Source of the DNA: Utricularia gibba
Taxonomy: Eukaryota > Plantae > Magnoliophyta
Length of the DNA: 64,000 nucleotides
Direction of reading: 5' to 3'
Assembly: GCA_002189035.1 (NCBI GenBank)
Contig: CM007990.1
Location: 1,426,001 to 1,490,000, forward strand
Part shown: one piece after another, positions 53,612-64,000 of the stretch
How the letters are laid out: each line of letters opens with the position of its first letter
Numbering within the stretch: position 1 is the first letter of the stretch
Made by a program: the position numbers and the translations under genes
The notes under the pieces: generated by a model
Told to the model about the DNA's origin: nothing
The model's database searches: none
What the model saw: only the letters and a program-made list of their open reading frames with translations

Positions 53612-54559
53612 TTTATCTGGCAATTCGATCTCATTTCTTTCTGGGTTCTTCGAAAACCTGCTTCTATAATCTACAGAAAGAAGTCTGAGATTCCCCAGAC
53701 ACTTCGAACCCGAGAATCAGTTGAGGGCATCTTCTTCAATCGTGTTACCGCTGTTACTTTATTGCTTTTTTCTTTTTTTTTTTTTTGGTTTTCACCGCTG
53801 TTACTAAGTTATACAAAGCTTTCATTATATGAAATATGATTTGAGAAATTCTATAACTCATGTTACATTGATAGGTATATATTCCTCCTCATTTTTACAA
53901 TTGATGCCAAAATAGTAAATCTACTTTATGTATATAATGTATTTTTATATTTTCTATAATTATATATTATTGTCGTTTATTCAAAATACTATAATACATA
54001 TCTATGACAACATTTTGTGTCAACCCACAAAATTAAACATCTAGATATTTTAAAATATTTTCATTGATGGACAAATACATAGTACAAGACCATAATTTAC
54101 AAAACGTGAAATATTAGTATCTAATATCATTATATTTTTTGTGAATCTATACTACTTAAAACAAAGTTTGAATGATCTATCATCACATGATAAAAGGATT
54201 GGATCAATTATTAAATTGAACATAAATATGACTATCATGAGAATGTCTCACAAGGCATAAAAATATTTCAACCAACTTAGACATGTAAAATTTGTATTCA
54301 CCATTGCACTTATGCACAAGATGTGTTAACACACATTCATGAGCACATTCAATCGATGCAAAAAATGTTATACACAAATTTGATATATGATAAACGAAAA
54401 ATTTTGCACACGTCGTAAATATGCAAGCAGTTAGAAAACAATTAGAAACGAAGATTGAGATTTAATCCCAATTAAAAAAAAGACATAAACAATTATGCTA
54501 ATTAAAAAAATATAGAAATACATAATAAAATTCGAGTTTTGTAGTAAAAATATAAATAC

Positions 54560-55018
54560 TTAAAAATATGTGTTATCAATAAATTTCTAATATATTAGGT
54601 TGATGATGAAATATAAATTTTTAAAATATGTATTATCTTTAAACACTCAAAAAAATATGTATTATTAAAATCTCCCTAATATATTAAATTGATGATGAAA
54701 TACAAATTTTCTATGTACCAATAAAGTTGGTACGATCGATTGATGCAAAAAACATTGTATTTAAATTTGATGTCTTCTTAATATAGTGGACTCAATGTGG
54801 AATTCAAATTCATTGACTTACAACAAAGTCAATCAAAACTCTACATTTATACATTCATTATATGTGTGGATGACATTGACATATACTTTAAACATTCAAA
54901 AAATATGCGTTATCAATAATTCCTTAATATATTGGATTGATGGTGAAATGCAAATTCTCTATATGCCAATAAAGTTGGTAAAATTGGTTGATGTAAAACA
55001 CATTGTATTTAAATTTGA
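54560..55018. repeat. Degenerate AT-rich tandem repeat (about 250-bp A-B units); the interrupted unit resumes at 57677-57797
   Basis: Block A (aaatatg..tatc..gatgatgaaat..aataaagttggta..cattgtatttaaatttga) recurs near 54565, 54651 and 54898. Block B (54760-54880) recurs closely at 57677-57797. Confidence 0.75.
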
Positions 55019-57676
55019 GAAAAAGCAATATAAATAATATTGTTCACTAAAATCATTATATTAATAATGTTATGCAATACTAGTAGTGGCGCTTTGGTGT
55101 GCGTAATGAATGGCACCATCAATGATAGAGCCTTAGATAAAGTACTATACGTGATAATATTTTAGATCTGTCAAACCATATTTCTTATTTTATATATATC
55201 TCATATCTCCACAATTTTTTTCATTCATCTTCAAAGTTGAGTAGAATCGAAGTTGAAGAAAATTTTAGTAATATCTTTTTTTTCATTTTATATTTTTATT
55301 TATTTAATTTTTTTATATTTCATAATAATTATACAATAATTGATTACATATATTTGTTTTACCATTTCAAAATATATAAATACACTAGCAATTTTTTTAA
55401 TTTTTTGGGAATGTCATCCGATTTGCCCTACAATGAGGGTGAAAATTCGCATACTCCTTCATGACCTTGCACCAATATGCCAAATGTCAATTATAGAGAT
55501 AATTATTTTATTACATATGCTAACACTTATCCATTTTTTTATATTTGTAATAATTGATTGTATTGTAGGTGTATCTTCGAGTTTTTAATTATCATTATAT
55601 TTAAATCATGATAACAATCCAAGTGTGAACGTGACTGAAGGATTCCTCATAGAAGTTAATTTTAGTGAGATTAAGTCTTAATATATGAAATTATTATCAT
55701 TATTTTTTTAAAGATACGGTCGACCTTGGTGATAATGGTGGAGACACCGACTTGAGTGAGTATTCTAAAGCCCTGCCAACAAATGTTTGTGAGGACGAAG
55801 CACCAAACACCGGAATTGAGGCACCTCGTGCAGTACAATTTCCCGGATCTCGTTCTCGACGATTCTCTCGGGTGTTTCGTGAGGGAGGAATACCCTCTAT
55901 CCAAAACAATCCGGTAAACACTTTCGTATCGGAGGAATTTAAATATGGTGGCAAATATAGATGATACGATAAGAAGGTACATGTGTTGAATAAGGGAATC
56001 GCATTTGCTAGTAAAGTTCATTCCTAATATTGTGTTGCCTAGCCCACTATCATATAAAATGAGGATATGAATTCATCGTTCTTGTTAGTCAACCCACATT
56101 TTGGGAGGACAAATATGCTCGTGCTAACATGGATCCTAAGTATTATTGGCGCATAAGGATTATGCGATCTACACGTGATGGAGTTTGGCAAATATCGATC
56201 TTTGACTTTCCACATACATGCATGGCATATATGGATGGAGCGCAACATCGCAACCTTTCTGATTTATTCATTGGATATGAACTTATGCATACTGCATATA
56301 GAGAATGAGGTATAGTTTAAATATTTCTTAATTTTTTTTAATAGTTTATATTTTTAATAATTTTTCTTTGTTGTAGAGATTAAGGTTGCAGATACTCGAA
56401 AATGTATTTTTGAAAAATATCAAAAGAAGATTACTTATGAATGTGCATGGTACGATGCTCAACTTACTTTTGAGTCAGTCTATGGAACATGTGAATCATT
56501 AGTACAAAAGCTACATGCATTATTTCTGGCAATCACGCAAGCCAATCCGGGTACAATGGTCTTGTGGGACTGAAGGCCAGTCATAATGAATTGTGCATTT
56601 TGTGCGAGTGCAAACCATTGGTATACCATTAATACGAAAACCCCATAGCATAGAAACATCTTGGAGATTGATCGTGGCCTCTCCACATGATAAGAAGAAG
56701 TTGTGCATCTCTGGACGCCATCTCTCTACTAAAGTTGTAAGTAAATTCAGGTTTGGTTACATTCGTAATGTCTTAAGAACTCTATAAAAACCCCAATCAT
56801 CGAGATATCTCGCAGTTCTCTCCTCCCATGATTTGTCTACGAAGAATTTGTAGCTGTGTTTAACTTACATCATTATTTAGTCTGATCCATATAATAAATC
56901 ATAAGTAATGTGTTGCTGCTGCATATCCAACAGGCTCGGATCCTCATAACCATGAACTCTTAAACGTGAATATATGTCAATTTATAAAAAAAACATTACA
57001 TATTTAATAAGAAATAATATAATAAATTAAATATATTAGTCAATAATAAAAACATATTATTCATAAAAAAAATCTTACATCAATGTACAAAAAAATTAAA
57101 AACAAATTGATAAATATCATATATATAATAAAAAAACTATGACAAATTAATAAACAAAATAATTAATAAAACAATAAAAAAAGTAAATAATAACTTTATT
57201 GTTTACTGTAATCAAAAAATTAAAATGTTAAAATTTACTAATATAAAAAAATATATAAAAATTTAATAATCTCACCCCTGTAATCAAAATGTTTTTTTAT
57301 TACAATTTTACACTTGTAAGATATGAAGAATGATGAAGGTATTTATAAGAAGAATATAATAAGAGTACGAGTGAGCATGTCATAGGGAATGAGAGGGGAG
57401 CATGGGCTTGCTGACATTGGGAGCACCTGCAAGATGCCATCATTGATGGTGCTACACAGTAAGGCGACATCAATGATGGTGCCATGCTGTGTGAACTCCG
57501 AGGCATCATCACTAATGGTGTTCTTTAGCATACACTTTTTAAGCATTATCGTTGGTGGCGTGTATTTTTAAAGTACCATCAATGATAACGTGATAGACAA
57601 AGCGCTATTACTAATTGCGTATACTATTATTAATATATTGTATTTATTAATCAATATTTATTTATGTTAATTTTTC
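55019..57676. mobile_element. Non-autonomous Mutator-like element (MULE), 2658 bp
   Basis: About 78-bp imperfect TIRs beginning GAAAAA and running to TAGTA.T.GCGCTTTG (55019-55096 vs reverse complement of 57598-57676). 11-bp TSD TTTAAATTTGA at 55008-55018 and 57677-57687. Subterminal CATCAATGAT palindromic repeats. No transposase recognised. Confidence 0.85.
55750..56960 (-). pseudogene. Decayed plant mobile domain (PMD, MAIN/MAIL-like) gene inside the MULE
   Basis: Minus-strand translation [70 protein letters not shown] matches the PMD signature ([26 protein letters not shown]), with in-frame stops. The part below about 56480 is only weakly recognisable. Confidence 0.82.
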
Positions 57677-58916
57677 TTTAAATTTGATATCTTCTTAATA
57701 TAGTGGAATCAATGTGGAATTCAAATCTATTGAATTACAACAAAGTCAATCAAAACTTAACATTTCTACATTCATTATATGTGTGGATGTTATTGACTTT
57801 TCCAATTCTATGGCTCAAATAGTTAAATGATGTTTGTCACATACCTTACAATCATCTAAATTCTCATTGGCATTTGGTCTAATTACTTGTGAGTCCATAT
57901 CAATAGTATCACACTATTACATTTTTCTAATTAGAAGAGTATTTTGTGAGTTTTCTGTTCAAATTCACTAAATGATAACTGATAGTATGTTATTAAAAAT
58001 AATATATAAATTCATAGATATTTTTTATTTAATTTTTTATGGTTAAATATTAATCATTTTATTTTGTTGAGATTGTCTTTTTAAATAAAAAAAATAGAAC
58101 ATCTTATAGAAATCGTTTTTATGTTAATTTTTTAAAAAATGATTATAAATTAAATTTAACTTTTTAAAATTTTAACATTAATATAAAAAATGATCCCGCA
58201 TGACGGTAATGAAAATTTTCCATTAATTGCGCTGTATTAAATAAAAAATTTTCCACTTGACAAAATTCATTCATTTTCGTCGAGTGTGTGAAAATGGTTA
58301 TAAAATTCTATTTACTATTTTTGAGAAAACTTGGATTCCATTCAATATGCCTTATTAAATAAGACAATCAACCTCTATTTCCATAGACATTGTGAAAAAT
58401 AATTATTAAATTGTATTTACGTTTGTTGAGAAAATTTGTCAAATAATATTAGAAAAAAAATATGTTGAGAAAAATAAATTAAACAATGTCATCTATAATA
58501 TTCCTTTGCCTGTATTATAGTTATTAAATAATTATTAAATTATATTATAGTTTTTTGTAAATTTAATTATTTAATTAGGTTATTCCATTAAATTCTTCAT
58601 TGGATACCCCTTTATTAAAATTGATATTTTTTTTAACTTTTGAATTTAGGGAGTGGTGTCGGGCGGGCCCCATCTCCACGGAGTGAAACAGAACCCATTA
58701 ATGCGGAATTCAATCCAACTGTTTAAAAATATTTAATTTAATCTGTATTTTTCATAATATTATTTTAAATTTTAATGCATAATTTTATATAAAAAATAAA
58801 TTTCATATAATAAAAAATTCTAAGACAACATCACAAATTATATTGGAGTTTATGTTTTCAAAAATCTGTAATCTCTGCAATTTAAAAAAAGCAATAAAAA
58901 ATTTCAAGTAGAGTTG

Positions 58917-59120
58917 AAGGTTAGTTTTGTAATTAGCAAATTTCTGATTTGAAGGTTAGTAATGATGGGTAGATAATTGAGAGTTTTCAGTGTCATGAAT
59001 TATAAACCCTAATTTCAAGGTTAGTTTTGTAATTAGAAAATTTCTGATTTGAAGGTTAATAATCATTGGTATATAATTTCAGTTGCATGAATTATAAACC
59101 CTAATTTTAAGGTTAGTTTT
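58917..59120. repeat. Tandem repeat, about 100-bp unit, two copies plus a partial third
   Basis: aaggttagttttgtaattag..catgaattataaaccctaattt starts at 58917, 59017 and (partial) 59109. Each full unit carries AAACCCTAA. Confidence 0.85.
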
Positions 59121-60214
59121 TTAATTTAAAAAAAACTAATTCCATTATATCCTAAACATTATTGTCCTACAGAAATGAGATAAAATTAATAGCATTCATG
59201 ATTTAAACATCTAAATAATTTTATTTTATTTTAACAAATATAATTAAAAATCAACGAATCCTAATCTATCTACTGTAAAAAATATTAAACCCAAATTCAT
59301 AAGTTTCGAATAAAACTTTATATTAAGAATATAATCTATATGATTTATTTTTTAACTTATGATTTAAATTAAAATTTAAAATTATTTATTACAAACTATC
59401 TCAACTTTTACTTATCTTTAGATTCTACTCAAAATTTTACCTAATTTCAATTTATTTTAAATTTATCTATATTTCTATTTAAAACTCAACTTATTTTATA
59501 AATTATGTTTGCACTACTTATCAACATAAGTCACCAACTTTTACAACAAATGTTATTGTATCCAATACACCAGATCTAAGTGAGAGCTAAACACATTTGT
59601 TTCTTTTACTTAAATAATAAGATGTGCAGATTATAATTATTTATTTGGATTTTACTCATCTAATAAATTCTATTTATGAATTAAGTTAAAGTTATGAAAT
59701 AAGTGATACATATTATACCCTAAAATTTAAAGGGTATATACTAAGAAAAAAATGTTAGTAATAATCAATGAGTAAATGATGAATGGGCGAGACTGAGCAA
59801 GTGTGTGCAGAGGAGCAAGTCTGGTAATCATTTCGTGTAGAGAATACTCAGAGGCCCTCCCTCCCTCCTGCCTCCTGAGCTTCATAACTTTCCTTTCCCC
59901 ACTCAACAGATCGATATTTAATTTTTATTCCATAGAAAAATGCATTGCACATATTTTATTTGTTCGTTTCATTTCAAACGCCCACTCGCACTGTGCATTA
60001 CGTGTGTTTGAAGCTCATGATGGACAAAGGAATTTTTACTGTAGCTGGCTTTCTTTCCCACCGCTATGTCTATGCAGACTGCCAAAATAAAAGAAAGAAA
60101 GAAAGCAGGGAGGCAGACAAATTTAATTTCCTTGGTGGGTTCCTTCTGTTTTTCCATACCAAATCCAACAGTTGAAGAGAAATCTGGTTCCAAGTTTTGG
60201 GAGCTTGGAAGAAG

Positions 60215-61209
60215 ATGGGAAGCTGCTATGGAAGAAACAGCAATGGCGTGAGGCAGTACGTGAGATCTAAGGCTCCTCGTTTGAGATGGACACCTGATCT
60301 CCACCGTTGCTTCGTCGATGCTGTCCAGGGACTTGGAGGGAAAGACAGTAAGTTTCCTTTCTTTTTTTTACTGTCTTTCGTTCTTGCTGCAGATTCAGGT
60401 TAAAGGTTTTTCTTGCAGAAGCAACTCCTAAGCTTGTTCTCCATTTTATGAATGTGAAGGGGCTGTCTATTTCCCATGTTAAAAGCCATCTCCAGGTTGG
60501 CATTCTCCTTTAGCCTGGTTCTGCGTCGAAGCAGTTCGCTCTAGATTCTTCTAGTTCTTGACTGTTGTTCTGGTGGATGAAACCAGATGTACAGGAGCAT
60601 GAAGAGTAGCAGTAGCAGCAGCAGCAGCAGGGAAGGTAATTAGGGAATGCTTGCTTATACGGTATTCATTATTTCCTGACATGATGATTCGAAACAAATA
60701 TTCCATGTACAAGTTTTCTAGATAAACGGTAAGAAAAATTGTGATATCTTAGGGGTCACCCCCCCCCCCCCCCCCCCTTCTGTGTAGGAGACAAATGCTT
60801 CCATCCTGAGGAAGAAAGTCTGAATCCTTCTGCGAAAAGGTTACAAATACTCTCCTCTTCATTGGAAAATGTCATTAGAATCTATCTTCCTCTGAATTTG
60901 CATGCACGTTTAGGGCAAGAATCGAGGAGACGAGTTGCAGCCAGAGGGAGCCCTTCACTCGCCCCTACGCCAATCATGATGGTGAAGAAGTGAGGCCAAA
61001 CCTGAAACCCCTCTTTTTCTTTCAATCGGAACCAAATCTAACTGCGGATCCTGCAGGTTGGATGGAGGAAGGAAAACTGCGGAAGTAACGCAGGGGAGTT
61101 GTCCCTCTCGTTGTCTCTGAATCATCATCATGCATCCATTACAAGCACCTGGTCTGCATTTGAAACAAGCCAAGGTTTCTCCAGTCGAGCCTCGCCATTT
61201 GATGCTTGA
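60215..61209 (+). CDS. GARP/G2-like MYB-related transcription factor (At1g14600-like)
   Basis: Exons 60215-60347, 60419-60495, 60587-60635, 60788-60839, 60914-60989, 61057-61209. Motifs VRQYVRSKAPRLRWTPDLH, ATPKLVL, SHVKSHLQMYRS, and C-terminal ELSLSLSL. The 3' exons are less certain. Confidence 0.85.
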
Positions 61210-61762
61210 TTGTAATGTGATGCTTCATGCATATCAAAGGGTTTCGTCTCCTTCACATAAAACTGACGAGTCTGCAAGTAACAGTGAACATGGTGAAGAA
61301 GACGAATGCAACTGGGAATTCCCAACCAAACGAGCATGTGGTCGGTTGTCAAAGGTGAAATGATTAGGGGCCTTGTCTTTGTAGTGAAAGCAGCCAATGA
61401 ACTTGTGTTTCATTCTCGTGAGTTTGGTGTAATTTCAATAAAAATATTTTCGGATAAAACACAAATTACTTCTAAAAATATTTTAATCTTTTTGAAAAGT
61501 TAAAATACCACTACTTCAATAAAGATTAATAAAAATTGAAAAGTTATTTTTAAGAAATGTTTCATAAAAACCTTCGTTTCCAGAACAAAACCCGTGTCCG
61601 AACATACAAGCTTTTGAATGGTCGGATATGGACTCTCTTGCTTCTTACAAGAGATGATGAAATGGTTCTTACCCACCTGTCCATGCGCAGAAAAGCGAGG
61701 AAGCATCTTGTGTGACCGCCTGTTTTCTGTATTCTCTACACACACACACACAAAATGGGGTA

Positions 61763-63095
61763 TCATGTGTCCAGGGACCAGTCATATCTTTGGAAAGCTA
61801 TGTTCACAGAGCTGCCATCACTCAGCAGATGCGTCAAAAGACCAGCCTGGCTTGGATTCACGAAGTTCATGATCCATTTCAGGATGTCTTCTTCATCTCC
61901 GAAATCTGCACCGTACCTGTTGAAGGAATCCGATCAGAGGTTTAGATACTCATTCGATGCGCATGGCAGTTAAGGAGAGGATACTGCAGGATTCCCCACA
62001 TTAACTGTGGAAAGGGGGACTGGTGGTTGTTGAAGTTGATTTTGTTCATTGCTCACCATTTGATGACTCTGGGAAGGTAGACAATCCTGTTGGTGAGGTC
62101 TACTTGCATTCCATCTTCCCGTTGCAGGTACTCTCTGGCAGCAGCTCTCAGTTCAGAATCAATGCCTTTGGTGGTGAAGAATCTGACGGAGGGGCTTCCT
62201 TTTGCAGCATTCCAGATACCGAAATGGATGAGGGGATTTTGTTTCTCAAAGGCCAACTGCACCGCCGGCAGATCACATTTGTATTATTTCATTAGAAACA
62301 TGTATGGCTAGTGCCTCTTGTAATGAAGGAGCAGTGTTTGTGTTACCTCCAGGCGCTTGTCTCCTCTACCGAAAGGCTTTGCTAGGAAGTATGGTGTCCT
62401 CCGATTGCCTCTCAGAATGCCGTTGGTGATGGTGCTCAGGGAGTATGAATAGCCACCCACGACGTACATGAACTCAGAAAAGAATGCGATCCGATGATTG
62501 AATGTCGTACCCGGAGGGCCAATTCTGATGACAGCATGGATAGCCATGGCATTATGCAAATTCAGGAAGAATACCAGCTTTTCCTTTTCTGAAAGTGTCG
62601 TTAAATCTACTCTCTGGAGATCCTCCACTAATGCTATGTACCTGCGCACACAAAGAGAAACTTGCAACTTCAGAGTCTTGGAGCTAAAATGGTTACCAAG
62701 AGAAATCTCAGTTCTCACCTCCTAAACTCTTCGCTATTGCTGATTCTAACATAATCCAGGTGTTCATGACCATCATCCAGTGAATAAGATTCAAGAATTG
62801 CGGACATTAGACAAAAAAGCCTCTGGCTCAATGCAGTAGCAGACTTGGGCTCAAAATCGTTCACCATTCTGATGTTATGACATTTTGGGATGAAGGGTTC
62901 ATGCTCGAGAAACCTGTAGCAGTGATTTCCATCCTCAAAATCATTTTCCCTGCATTCAGTTCACCAGGCTGCTATCAAAAGCTGTATTGGAAGACTGTAT
63001 AAAGTTCACTCCATGCTCTGAATATGAACACCTTCTTACCCAGAAACGTGATGAAAGAAATGCTTTCTCGCCAACTTCTTTCCAATATCGACGGC
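61763..63095 (-). CDS. DEP + DUF547 domain protein (3' part; 5' exons lie beyond the window or were not recognised)
   Basis: Exons 63095-63040, 62949-62719, 62641-62347, 62246-62057, 61916-61763. DEP end (AVDIGKKLARKHFFHHVSGENDFEDG), DUF547 motifs FFLNLHNAMAIH and NPLIHFG, and terminal QRYDWSLDT. Confidence 0.88.
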
Positions 63096-64000
63096 CTAAA
63101 AAAAAAGTAGAAACCATTTGAACACACCTCAGGTACAGTAGTCAAAATTGCAGGCACAGAAATGTTGGTGACCTAAGCTAGCACAAGTTGTACTAGTAAA
63201 TGAATGAAGAACAGAGTTTGCTTAGAAGATAAACAGAAACTCAGCCTACATGGAATGAAATTGGTTGTCTTTATTCTACAAAACATTACCGCTCCGTCAA
63301 TTAAGGCTTCATAATCCACCAGACTTAAAAGGATTGTCAAATACGGACAATGAATTTACTCGCCTACAAAGTTGACCAAATCCATTGCAATCAGCAGCAT
63401 ATCGATACTTGAGACTTTCAACCGCATCAATAAATGAAGTTTAATTCAAAACATAACTCTCCCCCTCAAAATTTAACCCATAGAAGATTCATCTGAAGTA
63501 GACCATTGCATAAAAAAGATGGTGGCAAACCAATGCCAGGGGAAAGGGTTCAGTCTTCGTGTAGCTGAGTAGCTAAAGCAGATTAATATATAGACTCTGG
63601 ACAGTTAATGATCTTTGTAACATGAACTGAAGCTGGGATAATAACACACAGAAAAAGCACCTAAATGCCTCAAAGCTGAAAAAGAGTCAATTTCCGTGAA
63701 AGATCGGCAGCTAAATTAGGCCAATCTAATGACTCTCCACTGTTAGAGATCCTTGTATATGAACCTTATGGGTAAAAACAGAAAATTTTACTTTTTCCCT
63801 AGAAAGCTCTTTAACCAGAAAAAAACATTAAGGTGAAGCAAACAACAAATAGGGGCAGCAACATACGACCCCACATACTGTAGAACTGCAATGACCAAGC
63901 ACTGGTTCACCTCACGGATTAAGACTCGCTTTGATGATATAAAAAAGCTGGTGGCTTCTTCATACAGAAGAAGTATTATTTTACATGCAGCATTTAAGAA

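Noticed and set aside
55078-57617. CACTA-like termini (TACTAGTAG.. / ..TTACTAATTG) suggesting a CACTA element with a PMD
   Set aside because: The inverted similarity extends about 60 bp further out on both sides to G-starting ends with an 11-bp TSD, which fits a MULE. No 3-bp TSD was found at the CACTA-like positions.
60759-60777. 19-nt poly(C) tract in a GARP intron
   Set aside because: A simple homopolymer whose length is unreliable in this assembly, with no evidence of function.

Overview
Gene-dense plant (eudicot-type) nuclear DNA with AT-rich intergenic spacers. I reconstruct 17 intron-containing protein genes by hand. In order they are: two tandem patatin-like lipid acyl hydrolases (first 5'-truncated), LpxC, a transmembrane RING-H2 E3 ligase, DRP1C-like dynamin, FKF1, class II TPS (TPS6-like), VIT1, HSFA8-like, a TMK receptor kinase, an ALKBH10-clade AlkB protein, an XTH27/28-like enzyme, a Gfo/Idh/MocA oxidoreductase, a DUF1664 protein, IAR1-like ZIP transporter, a GARP/MYB-like factor and the 3' part of a DEP+DUF547 gene. 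Three DNA transposons have resolvable TIRs and TSDs: a hAT MITE, a Tourist MITE and a 2.66-kb Mutator-like element carrying a decayed plant-mobile-domain gene. No rRNA, tRNA, recognisable miRNA or CRISPR array was seen. Best leads: (1) a 35-aa transmembrane micropeptide ORF (GxxxG, CxxC) in the IAR1/ZIP leader, flanked by splice signals that could include it, remove it or fuse it in frame; (2) a conserved 51-59 aa C-terminal tail on both patatins, with the second patatin ending only 75 bp before LpxC; (3) two consecutive GC-AG introns and a degenerate Fe-binding motif in the ALKBH10-like gene. Four 1-bp deletions break FKF1 and ALKBH10, all in short G/C runs, which most likely reflects long-read consensus error. 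Family names come from remembered motif and sequence similarity, not from a database search.
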